IMG/VR virus record: IMGVR_UViG_3300014911_000574 | Coordinates: 1 to 19,963 of that record | Reading direction: 5' to 3' (one strand) | DNA: 19,963 nucleotides | Part shown: positions 1-9,200 of the stretch, piece after piece | How positions within the stretch are numbered: the stretch's first letter is position 1 | Layout of the letters: each line of letters begins with the position of its first letter | Position numbers and translations under genes: made by a program | Notes under the pieces: model-generated | Seen by the model: the letters and a program-made list of their open reading frames with translations, nothing else | The model's database searches: none | Told to the model about the DNA's origin: nothing

Positions 1-123
1 TTAACCCCACGGGGCGTTAAGAAAAAAGTCTTAAACACATGAACATAAAGTCTCAAAACAAAAAATGAAGAATGACACAGTTAAAATAACCAAACAAAAC
101 AAATAAATAAAATAAAATACAAA
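1..123 (+). repeat. Left inverted terminal repeat (123 bp)
   Basis: 1..123 is the exact reverse complement of 19841..19963; identity breaks at 124. Confidence 0.97.
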
Positions 124-131
124 AGAGGGGT

Positions 132-368
132 TTATGATTGGAATGATCTTACTTCTCCAATCAATAGGAGCATTGCTATGTATGGTGTTAACGACAATAA
201 TATGTCGAACGTCATTATGAATACGAAAATTGTTAGTATTATTGTTAAAAATGTTATTACATTCCATACCGTTAATTCGTCGCAACCCTTGATTGATAGG
301 AAAAAGAAGGTTATATTGTCTATGATAAAGAAGTTTAATGTTAATAAGATGAATAGTGTAATATCCAT
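132..368 (-). CDS. Small membrane protein (78 aa)
   Basis: Very hydrophobic, 2-3 TM-like segments; SD AGGTGA upstream of the ATG (revcomp of 375-380). Confidence 0.65.
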   Translation of the reverse strand: MDITLFILLTLNFFIIDNITFFFLSIKGCDELTVWNVITFLTIILTIFVFIMTFDILLSLTPYIAMLLLIGEVRSFQS

Positions 369-397
369 GTAAAATCACCTACGTATTATAACTATTT

Positions 398-442
398 TCA
401 GAACTCAGAAAAAAATCTTTTTGTCTAAACTCTGAATTCTGA
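398..442. promoter_or_regulatory. Inverted repeat TCAGAACTCAGA-N21-TCTGAATTCTGA, putative operator
   Basis: 11/12 match between arms; lies in the divergent intergenic region between 368(-) and 605(+). Confidence 0.5.
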
Positions 443-604
443 GACGTGAGAAAATGAGAAAGAGAAGTAAGGTCTACATCAATGTAACGTACGACACTAA
501 GTCATGATCATTCTTAACATACCTCTTAAAGTGTAATGACATAGTCTCAAGTCTATTCAATATCAAGGAAAAATTAAAATCTTGCAGACTTTCAAGGAAA
601 AAAC

Positions 605-1036
605 ATGTTCAAGCTTGTAAAAGACCAAAACCTCATTAAAATAGCTCAAGAACTAGATGAATTCTTTAGCTCGATAGCAATTGTAAGAGGATTTTATGAA
701 GATGTATTTCACAACAAGGAAGAAATACTTCTAAGCTATGAACTTAACCATGACGTTCATGAGATAGACATTGAATTTATAAAACAAATGCTCACGATAA
801 CAGTATGGTTTAAGAACATGGTAAGAACTGGTCTTACAATTGATTTGAAAGACAAGATCGATATTTTCGCAATCTATGGAAAAAGAATGATCTATGTAGA
901 AAACAAAGAAACAAATTCCGTAATATTGCGATCATTAAAGAACATAAGAGTATTGTCTATCGAATTGAAGAAACATAAAGAGGAAAAAAATGGGAAAGTT
1001 ATTTGGAGATCGATCCTCGAAATCTCAATTCCATAA
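605..1036 (+). CDS. Hypothetical protein (143 aa)
   Basis: Intact ORF; BRE/TATA-like GAAAAATTAAAA near 568-579; T-run after the stop. Confidence 0.8.
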   Translation: MFKLVKDQNLIKIAQELDEFFSSIAIVRGFYEDVFHNKEEILLSYELNHDVHEIDIEFIKQMLTITVWFKNMVRTGLTIDLKDKIDIFAIYGKRMIYVENKETNSVILRSLKNIRVLSIELKKHKEEKNGKVIWRSILEISIP

Positions 1037-1041
1037 CCTTT

Positions 1042-1299
1042 TTATTGCTTTACCTTACTCTCAAGATCCTCTTTTAGTGATGATGGATCGACAATTCTAT
1101 GTTCTAAATACCAAATGATTTCTTCTAAAACTGTTTTTATCATTGGATTTGAAACATTTTCTGATGTTCTTTTTAATGCGCTTAAAAGCAATATAAAGTC
1201 AGTTCTCTCTGCTTTCTTTCCCAAGAGTCTTCCAATAATGAAAAGTATAATTGCTATAATTGTTAATATAATGTCTAATAGTGTATGGATTTCGTTCAT
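1042..1299 (-). CDS. N-terminal TM protein (85 aa); candidate egress (pyramid-type) protein
   Basis: Single TM (IILTIIAIILFIIGRLL) followed by a helical tail; overlaps the upstream ORF by 4 nt; SD GGTGA. Confidence 0.7.
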   Translation of the reverse strand: MNEIHTLLDIILTIIAIILFIIGRLLGKKAERTDFILLLSALKRTSENVSNPMIKTVLEEIIWYLEHRIVDPSSLKEDLESKVKQ

Positions 1300-1493
1300 G
1301 TTTTTTCACCATTTTTTACGTCATTATCTAAAATTTGATTTTGGATTTGTTCTATAAGTTTTATTATCCATTTAATGTCTTCCTCAATTTTCGAGACCTT
1401 ACTATCGAGTTTCCAAATCCTCTCAAACAAAAACGTAATCAAGAAAATTGCTATTCCGCTTAGTATTTCTGCAATGTCTATGTTCAATGTCAT
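1296..1493 (-). CDS. TM plus coiled-coil small protein (65 aa)
   Basis: TM ILSGIAIFLITFLF then heptad pattern LDSKVSKIEEDIKWI; SD AGGGG; TATA-like AAAGCTTATAT on the minus strand at ~1530-1540. Confidence 0.75.
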   Translation of the reverse strand: MTLNIDIAEILSGIAIFLITFLFERIWKLDSKVSKIEEDIKWIIKLIEQIQNQILDNDVKNGEKT

Positions 1494-1711
1494 TTCATTA
1501 CCCCTATGAAGCTTTTCACTACTACATTGATATAAGCTTTATGTTAGTTTTCATGCCATACATTGTATGCGTTACTAAAAAGAGAAACGCGTAGAACCAT
1601 ACACCATAAAAACAATGTAGGTCGATAGTATGATGTCTCAAAACTACTGTCGCTACTGACTCAGATAATTTAAGCTACCACTACCAAAACACGGCTTTAA
1701 TGCTAGAGTAA

Positions 1712-1733
1712 CGAAACTTCAAGGAAAGTTTCG
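1712..1733. terminator. Hairpin CGAAACTT-N6-AAGTTTCG just after the end of the long minus-strand operon
   Basis: 8-bp perfect arms, 7 nt downstream of the stop of 1741..2520. Confidence 0.35.
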
Positions 1734-1740
1734 AGAGGTT

Positions 1741-2520
1741 TTACTGATGTAGATGGTCTATAATCCATCTATATACGTCTATGGTCTTTCTAGGTAATTC
1801 TCTTGTGTTTGAAACTACAAGACCATCTCTAACATGAACATGTTGTTTAACACCATGAGCAATAACTTCCTCGAAATCACTTGAAAATCCATGATCTGAC
1901 AATACAATCCAGTACTTAGGCTTTGAAAGAGTTATGAGTTCTCTAGCAAATTTAAAGGCCTTGTTATACCAGTAAAAGGCCTTTCTAAGACATTCCTCAT
2001 TATGTAGTGTTTGAAAGAAATGGTGATGTGCTTGATCAGGGATTGGATACCATACAATGAACAAATCCCATTCTTTCACTATATTCCTAATGACAATCTC
2101 ATGAAATCTATCTACAATACTTTCAAAATTGTCTTTAAGAGGTAACCATGCATCTACCCAATTCATTCCATAGAGATCAACATTGATATTAACAGTAGGT
2201 ATTTTTACTGGAACGTTCAAGATCTTAACCTTAAAACCATGTTCAATAGCAATATCCCAAACATACTTACCCTTGTAATCGCCTAAGATAGAGCATGGTT
2301 TGTCAAGTGTTTTAAATCCAAAAACACCATGTTCATTACTGTACTTTCCAGTGAAAAAATTATGTAGTATCGTCGGTGTTATTGGTATATCATCGATGTA
2401 AAGCATATTCCTATGAAAGTTATGGAAAAACCATTTTACATTATCCATATACCAGAGAAATAAATTACAGAAAACAAATGACGCACCATCTAGGATAATT
2501 ACAAGAACTTTATGACTCAT
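1741..2520 (-). CDS. Alkaline phosphatase superfamily protein (nucleotide pyrophosphatase/phosphodiesterase-like)
   Basis: Motifs KVLVIILDGA, PITP..HNFFTG..SNEHGVFGF, PDQAHH, VLSDHGF and a late His; no signal peptide. Confidence 0.85.
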   Translation of the reverse strand: MSHKVLVIILDGASFVFCNLFLWYMDNVKWFFHNFHRNMLYIDDIPITPTILHNFFTGKYSNEHGVFGFKTLDKPCSILGDYKGKYVWDIAIEHGFKVKILNVPVKIPTVNINVDLYGMNWVDAWLPLKDNFESIVDRFHEIVIRNIVKEWDLFIVWYPIPDQAHHHFFQTLHNEECLRKAFYWYNKAFKFARELITLSKPKYWIVLSDHGFSSDFEEVIAHGVKQHVHVRDGLVVSNTRELPRKTIDVYRWIIDHLHQ

Positions 2521-2548
2521 ACAAAAAACCCTAGGGTAAACATGTTTT

Positions 2549-2704
2549 TCATGGATACAATCTTACGATATTAAGAAAATGATCGATCATTTCCTCTATA
2601 TTCAATATTAACTTCATTATCAAGGAGATACACCATAATGCAAAGATGATAGTAATGATAAATGTGATAGTTATTAAAAGTAGTGAAGCGACAAGATTTT
2701 CCAT
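2549..2704 (-). CDS. Small TM protein (51 aa), absent from the ORF track
   Basis: Manual translation MENLVASLLLITITFIITIIFALWCISLIMKLILNIEEMIDHFLNIVRLYP; fills the operon gap 5 nt after the upstream stop. Confidence 0.55.
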   Translation of the reverse strand: MENLVASLLLITITFIITIIFALWCISLIMKLILNIEEMIDHFLNIVRLYP

Positions 2705-2709
2705 GAAAA

Positions 2710-3279
2710 TTACCACTCAAACCTAAAGATGTAGGTTATCGTAACAGTTTGACCAGTAGTTACATGAACAGGACTTGGTAGTACATCTCTAGCTAGTAGG
2801 AAATACCTCAAGTAGCCACTGTTATTTTGAGCTCTTATTGTTAATCCAATTTCGTTAATATCCATTTCTGTATTTACTGTTATAGATCCTGAAATGGCAA
2901 CTTCGATATAATTATCACCGTAGATAATGTTTATTGTTTTTACATATTCCCTTTTTACAAGATTTTCTAATTTATAATCAGTTGGTTTGGGAGGTGAAGT
3001 TCCAGTCCCAATTTCAATATACCCCTCGTAACATTCTTCATAACAAAAGTTATAACCTGAATATCCTATGATTAAAGTTTCGCTAGACCCTCCATATTCG
3101 ATGAAATTAGCGTAATTTTTTGTATTTAACTCTTCTGTTCCTACGAGAATCATTGCGAGAAGTTTTGCGAAGTTTAACGTTAATGCATCACCTTGCTTTT
3201 CTATTCTTTTCAAGACCTTTCCATCTCTATCCTTCGTCTCAATGACAACTCTATAACATGACTTTGATTTAACTTTCAT
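2710..3279 (-). CDS. Putative beta-rich virion/fibre-attachment protein
   Basis: Pattern IEIGTGTSPP.PTDY.L ... INEIGL ... LLARDVLPSPV.V...QTVTITY resembles tail-fibre N-terminal/collar domains of phage and archaeal virus structural proteins. Confidence 0.6.
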   Translation of the reverse strand: MKVKSKSCYRVVIETKDRDGKVLKRIEKQGDALTLNFAKLLAMILVGTEELNTKNYANFIEYGGSSETLIIGYSGYNFCYEECYEGYIEIGTGTSPPKPTDYKLENLVKREYVKTINIIYGDNYIEVAISGSITVNTEMDINEIGLTIRAQNNSGYLRYFLLARDVLPSPVHVTTGQTVTITYIFRFEW

Positions 3280-3288
3280 GGTCTATCC

Positions 3289-3762
3289 CTAACTCACTGT
3301 TATTTGATAGCTTACCTTACATATATTTTTACTTGTAGCTACCGACTTTGGAGGTTCTGTAACAGTGTAACTTATTTTACATGTCTTTACCTCATATGCA
3401 AGTGTTATTATCTTGATAATCTCAAAGACTTGTTTTAAAACATCGATGATATCCCTAATTGTTTTTGTTGAATCTACAAGTAAGTTATGATCATCTGTTA
3501 TAACATAGTCTCCATATTCTACATATCTTAGCTTACTTATTATATTGTCAAGTGTCTTCAATAGATCATCAAGTTTTGAATCGATGGAAACCCCCCATTC
3601 CCTTGCTTTCTCTCTAATACAGTTTAATATATTCCTTATTGTTTTTATACAATCAACAAGCAGGTTGTGGTCTTCTGGTAAGATGTAGTCTTCCTTGGTA
3701 ACATACCTTAGCTTTGCCATGATGTTGTTCAACGTTTTAATTAGATCTTCGAGATTTGACAT
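3289..3762 (-). CDS. Putative structural protein with internal 60-aa duplication
   Basis: LEDLIKTLNNIMAKLRYV..DYI..DHNLLVD repeated at a 180-bp period (3521 vs 3701). Confidence 0.7.
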   Translation of the reverse strand: MSNLEDLIKTLNNIMAKLRYVTKEDYILPEDHNLLVDCIKTIRNILNCIREKAREWGVSIDSKLDDLLKTLDNIISKLRYVEYGDYVITDDHNLLVDSTKTIRDIIDVLKQVFEIIKIITLAYEVKTCKISYTVTEPPKSVATSKNICKVSYQITVS

Positions 3763-3763
3763 G

Positions 3764-4309
3764 TTACTTCACCTTTTTGAATAAGATCCAAAATGTAGCG
3801 TTTATAAGACCATTTGCAACATGTTCTAGGCCTATCAACCTACACAATCTCTTTAAACAATTTGGGTGTAATGTGTGATAGTGAGATTCATCTCCATTGT
3901 ATGCGCAACGATCATAGCAAATAACAGATTGTATGAATAACAATCCGTTTTTCCTCAATACTCGATGACACTCCTTCAGACAACGTACGTAATCTAGTAT
4001 ATGCTCTAATGTCTCAAGCATGACAATGAGATCAAAGTAATTGTCTCGAAATGGGAGTTGATCACCAGATCCTAGAACGTCAGGATTTACATCATACTTC
4101 ACAACATCAAGTCCAACATAAAGTCCCTTGAAATTCCATTCTCTCAATGTTCTTTCCAAAAGCCTATTATGACAACCAATTTCCAAGATCTTAAATGGTT
4201 TATATTGATCGATGATTTGTTTTAATTCGTTTCGAGCTATCAAGATAAGTCCCCAACCGTGTTTCTTAGATTCCTCATGTAACATCTTGGAAAGTTCATG
4301 ATACTTCAT
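3764..4309 (-). CDS. Class I SAM-dependent methyltransferase
   Basis: KILEIGC motif I, YVGLDV, LPFRDNYFDLI...LEH, RVLRKNGLL. Confidence 0.9.
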   Translation of the reverse strand: MKYHELSKMLHEESKKHGWGLILIARNELKQIIDQYKPFKILEIGCHNRLLERTLREWNFKGLYVGLDVVKYDVNPDVLGSGDQLPFRDNYFDLIVMLETLEHILDYVRCLKECHRVLRKNGLLFIQSVICYDRCAYNGDESHYHTLHPNCLKRLCRLIGLEHVANGLINATFWILFKKVK

Positions 4310-5358
4310 GATATACCCTCGAGAAAACCGTACTTGTCAAGTATATCAACAAGTTTTTCAACGATTTTAGACCAGTGGTAATTCTCGATAATGTACTTTC
4401 TTATTCTTGCAAATCTTTCCTTGTACTCTTTTATATGGTCGATCACATGTATTAACTTTTCAATCGCATCATTAACATCGATTTCAAATCCATAACCTAC
4501 ATGTACTGGATTGTCATTGTAAACCTTGACTTTCCTAGCAACCTTAATTAAAACACTATCTTTTGCATAGTCAATCCAAGATCCTTGCTCTGGAACTAGA
4601 ACTACAAGGCCCCTCGCTAATGCTTCTAAGACATTAAGTTCAAAACCACCGCCTCTCGAGAAGCAAAGTAAAATATCACATGAATCGTAAAGATCTACAA
4701 GATCTTTCTCACTTAAAAAACCATTGACTTCAATATGTCTTAACCTTTTGAGTAGCATGTAGTGATACCCACATGGATTCCATGTTTTTAAGACAAGTAT
4801 AGTGTCTGGTCTTTTCCTTTGTACATACCTCATAACTTCAAAGACAAGATCCGCTCCTTTTCTTTCCCCTGAATGCCATAGGAAGAAAAGGACTTTAACA
4901 CCATTTGCAAGTCTTACCCTCATGATATCTGGATTTGTTGGAAAGTTCTTAGGCCTAACAAATTCATCATCTATACCATGAGGTAAAACCTCGATATTGG
5001 TTTTAACACCAGATTCTTGAAATACCTTTTTAGCAAATGTCGATGGGACTATAACAAGATCGAACATGTTGATAATATTTACTGCATATTCAGATATTCG
5101 ATCACTATCTGCAACCTCAAAACCCCCCAGCTTGTTTGAGCATTTCCTCAATCTTTCAGGATCTATGAACTTTGAAATGATGGGATACATTATTGGGTGA
5201 ATCAAAAAATTGTGTTTTACAGACCATAAGATCCTAGACCATTCTTTTTCATCAATGTCATACACATTCACATAGCGTCTCAAGTACTTGAGATGCTTCT
5301 CCGCTATTACTGTAAATGAAACAACATGCCACTTAGGATATACATAAAACAATGCCAT
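4306..5358 (-). CDS. GT-B (GT4-like) glycosyltransferase
   Basis: VIVPS.F, VLPHGID, ERKG.D, SRGGGFELNVLEALARG. Confidence 0.9.
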   Translation of the reverse strand: MALFYVYPKWHVVSFTVIAEKHLKYLRRYVNVYDIDEKEWSRILWSVKHNFLIHPIMYPIISKFIDPERLRKCSNKLGGFEVADSDRISEYAVNIINMFDLVIVPSTFAKKVFQESGVKTNIEVLPHGIDDEFVRPKNFPTNPDIMRVRLANGVKVLFFLWHSGERKGADLVFEVMRYVQRKRPDTILVLKTWNPCGYHYMLLKRLRHIEVNGFLSEKDLVDLYDSCDILLCFSRGGGFELNVLEALARGLVVLVPEQGSWIDYAKDSVLIKVARKVKVYNDNPVHVGYGFEIDVNDAIEKLIHVIDHIKEYKERFARIRKYIIENYHWSKIVEKLVDILDKYGFLEGIS

Positions 5359-5360
5359 GA

Positions 5361-6203
5361 CTATGCTTCAAAGATATTGTAAATAGCAACTGTTACTTTT
5401 GTTGATGGTGAAACTCTTACATTTACTTTGTCATTCTTCATAACTGTAAAGTCAAATTCCTTCCATGCATTTCTTGGAATTAACCTTCCCTCATTGAGTA
5501 ATGATATTACTTCTTGCGTCAATCCTGCAGGAATCCACTTGAGGTAACCATAGAAATCACGATCACCAGTAATTTTGATCCTAACCTTACCATCACCTTG
5601 AACTACAAGATCACTCTCGAATATATCGATAAACTCTGGAGCGTAGTAATCAACCATTAGGCCTAGCAACTTAGGTTTTTTTTCATCTATTAGTGTCTCT
5701 AGCCTTGTCTCTATATCACTAAGTCTTGAGTAAATATCTGCAAGACTATACCCTGCATATATCGATTCGATCTTTTCACTAACTTCAACTATCCTACCTT
5801 CTATTTGAGACAATGGAATATCGAATAACGTTAATCTTGATGTGTATTGTGTAATGTATGCATAGTCAATAGCCTCTGTAATCCTTACCCTAGCTTCATG
5901 ATATAGATCTGCAATGTAAATTGGATCTCCATCTTTCAAAACTCTCTTTCCAGAGATGAAACAATCATACGTGAAGTAACCATAGCCTGAATGAACTTCC
6001 TTAATCCTAGCATTTGGATTTCCTACCAAATATGCAATGTCTTTGTCAGGGATTATATCTCCAACAAGGTAACCATATGAAAAGACAGTTTGTATTCCAG
6101 ATACTCTATTATGAAGATCATCGAGAGCATCAACTACCAACTGGCCCCATCTTGTTTTTATCACTTCTCCAGATCGAGGCTTCCATAGGCCGTAGTACGA
6201 CAT
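5361..6203 (-). CDS. Putative fibre/receptor-binding protein (280 aa)
   Basis: GDIIPDKDIAYLVGNPNARIKEVH matches the GxIxPxxDxxYxxGxxxxRxxxIY fibre motif; central coiled coil; beta-rich C-terminus; SD GGTGA. Confidence 0.6.
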   Translation of the reverse strand: MSYYGLWKPRSGEVIKTRWGQLVVDALDDLHNRVSGIQTVFSYGYLVGDIIPDKDIAYLVGNPNARIKEVHSGYGYFTYDCFISGKRVLKDGDPIYIADLYHEARVRITEAIDYAYITQYTSRLTLFDIPLSQIEGRIVEVSEKIESIYAGYSLADIYSRLSDIETRLETLIDEKKPKLLGLMVDYYAPEFIDIFESDLVVQGDGKVRIKITGDRDFYGYLKWIPAGLTQEVISLLNEGRLIPRNAWKEFDFTVMKNDKVNVRVSPSTKVTVAIYNIFEA

Positions 6204-6212
6204 TTTATCACC

Positions 6213-9200
6213 TTATCTCCTCCTTACTCTATACTCTCTAATACGTTTTCTTTCTTTTCTAGCAAGGATGTACTGCATTTTCTCCATAATCATTTCATCA
6301 GTCATTCCCATTTCCTTTAGAGCCTCCTTGTATTCTTCTGGTGTAATGAGGTTGTACTCAAGCAATAGATCGAGAGTTCTCTCTCTCAAGTATCTAACGT
6401 ATGATTCACGTCTAAACTTTGCATGCAACATTCTAAGTTCAACCTCGACTGGTGTATAACCTAGTTTTGTCAATATGTCTTTCAATGTTTGATCTGTTAA
6501 GTAGCCTTTCGCGTAAGCATCAACTAGATCGTAGAAGATCCTCTCTCTTTCGTCTCGAATAGGCCTTACCTTGAAGACCTGCTTTACAATCTTCTTTTCA
6601 TCTTCTGGTAGACCTAGCTGCTCAAGTTTCTTCTGTATGAATTCTTCAGGAATTGGAACGTAATCTGCATAGCTTAACAATGTTCCTAACGTCAAGGTGT
6701 AGGCCTTACCTTCAGCCTCAAGCAGCATTTTTGCAATATCTTCTGGAACTCCTATTTTCTTCATTCCCTCGATAAACTCACGGTCTGTAATCTTTCCTCT
6801 ACGATACATTCTAATCAATGCTCTATAGATGATGTCTCTCAAGTACAGTGTTCTCGATATCTTAGCGAACGTTATTAGCAATTCAATTTCTTCTGGTCTC
6901 AATGCAAGGCCTTCTAAAGCCTTCTTGATTTCGTCATCAGTCAAAATTCCTTTCTCGTAGGCTTCAAGTAATGCTCCAATGATTCTCCTTCTTTCGTCTC
7001 TAAGAGGCTTGATCTTAAATACTTTCAAAACAATCGCTATTTCATCTTCTGGAAGTCCCAATTGTCTCAATTTCTTAAGTAGGAATTCCTCAGGTATTGC
7101 TATGTAATCTGCATAGTGTAACAATGCGGATAATGACAATGTATATGTCTTAGCTTCTGCATCAAGTATTTTCTTTGCAAGATCCTCTGGAATTCCAATT
7201 CGTCTCATTTCATTTATGAACTGTTCATCAGTTATCTTACCTCTCTGGTATAGCCTAATCAATGTTCTATATGTTAGATCTCTTAGGTATAATGTTCTTG
7301 ATAATTTAGCAAATGACATTAGCAATTCAATTTCTCCTGGTCTCAATGCTAATGCATTTAATTCAGACTTCAATTCTTCATCTCCCAAAAGACCTTTCTC
7401 ATAAGCTTCAATTAAGGCCCAAATTGTCTTTCTCCTTTCGTCTCTCAAAGGCTTGATCTTGAATACCTGCAAGACAATTTGCTTTTCATCATCTGGTAGG
7501 CCTAGTTGATCAAGCTTTTTAACTATGAATTCCTCTGGTATTGCCACATAGTCTGCATAATGCAACAATGCGCTTAACGATAAGGTGTATGTCTTAGCTT
7601 CTGCATCAAGCAATAACTTAGCGAGATTCTCTGGAATTCCTATTTCCCTCATTTTATCGATAAATTCCTGATCAGTAATCTTACCTCTTTGATACAATCT
7701 AATCAATGCTCTATAGGTAATCCTACGTAGATACAATGTTCTTTTTATCCTAGCAAATTCCTTAATGAGCTTTATTTCTTCTTGTCTTAAATCAAGAGCC
7801 TTAAGTTGATCTTCAAGATCTCTCTCTGTTATAAGTCCTTGCTCATACATTTCAATCAAGGCCCAAACCATTCTCCTTCTTTCATCTCTAAGAGGCTTGA
7901 TCTTCAATACCTCTTTGATTATTTTCTTGTCTTCCTCAGGAACTCCTAAGAATGTCAATTTAGCTTCAATGTAATCCTCTGGAAGTTCAATGTAATCTGC
8001 AAAAGATAGTATGTAACCTATCGATAGCTCATAATGGGGAGCATTTGCTTCACACACGAATTTTGCAAGTTCCTCTGGATATCCAAGCTTTTTCATTTCT
8101 TCTATGAATTGTTCTTTCGTTATTGCTCCGCGTCTTAGAGCAACAACTAAGGCCCTAACCTTTTCCCTTGCTATATACCTTTCACGTCTAATCTTTACAT
8201 ACTCCTTAATTGCATTAAGTTCGTAATCAGAAAGATAGATGATCGAGTCTTTAAACGTGTGCTCTCTAATTCCCTCGAACAAATGCTCTCTATACTTTAC
8301 TTCAACCATCGATGCTTCACTTATCTTCTTGAAGTAATCTGGTATATGTTCTGGATCGATAAGGCCCATCTCTGCAAGCTCAATAAGACCATAAACGATA
8401 CGTCTAGTTTCATCTCGCAATGGCCTTCTAAGTATTGAGAATATTGTTTGCTTTGCATCCTCGCTTGTAAATCCCCATATCTGTAATTTCGAACTTAGCC
8501 ATTGAGGATCTGGAAATACTGTATCATAGATCCTGTATAGATCGAATAGTCTCAAATCGAAGTAAAGATGTTGCGTGATTTTCTTTACAAAGTCATCACT
8601 ATATCCCTGTGCTTTAAACCATTTAATATATTCATTGAGATCGATAATGTCTTTACAGTACATTATGAACAAGTCTTTATACGATGGTATTGGTCTTGAA
8701 GCTTCAATTATCAGTTCATACTGTTCTTTCCCAAATCCGTGAAATCCAAAGTATCGATCGAGATCTTCCGCTTTGATCAATCCTCTCCAGTAAGCATTGA
8801 TTACAGTTGATGTGTCGATTATTCTTGGTCTGTATTGGTAGTTTATGACATACTGCATTGGTGTTAATATTGCTGCTGTAATGAATGCGCTTGAGATTCC
8901 GCTTACTATTGCGTCAAATTGAAAGACCTTGCTCACAAATGATTTTACACCGTCAAGTCTAACTCCAGTTCCTGCTATAGTTATTGAAGCTAAATCTAGC
9001 ATCATGTAAGTATTTAATGCAACAAATCCAAACCTTATGAGAATGTCAAATACTGCAGTCAATATTTCCTCGATTGATGTTCCCCTCATTTTCTCATGTA
9101 TTGACTTTGCAATACCTGAAAATGCTTCCAACATTGTCTTGAAAATTGTCTTGACAAGGTTAGTAATTTGTTCTACAATCCATATAAATGCTTGGTATAT

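Noticed and set aside
31-378. 115-aa minus-strand ORF and 178..372 plus-strand ORF
   Set aside because: They overlap the SD-supported 132..368 gene; the longer one runs into the low-complexity ITR
1494-1740. Short CTAC(TG) repeats; considered as a viral mini-CRISPR array
   Set aside because: No 24-40-nt repeat with spacer-sized gaps was found here or in other intergenic regions
3764-4309. Methyltransferase as a DNA (restriction-modification) methylase
   Set aside because: Lacks DPPY/NPPY or PC catalytic motifs; looks like a small-molecule or glycan class I MTase
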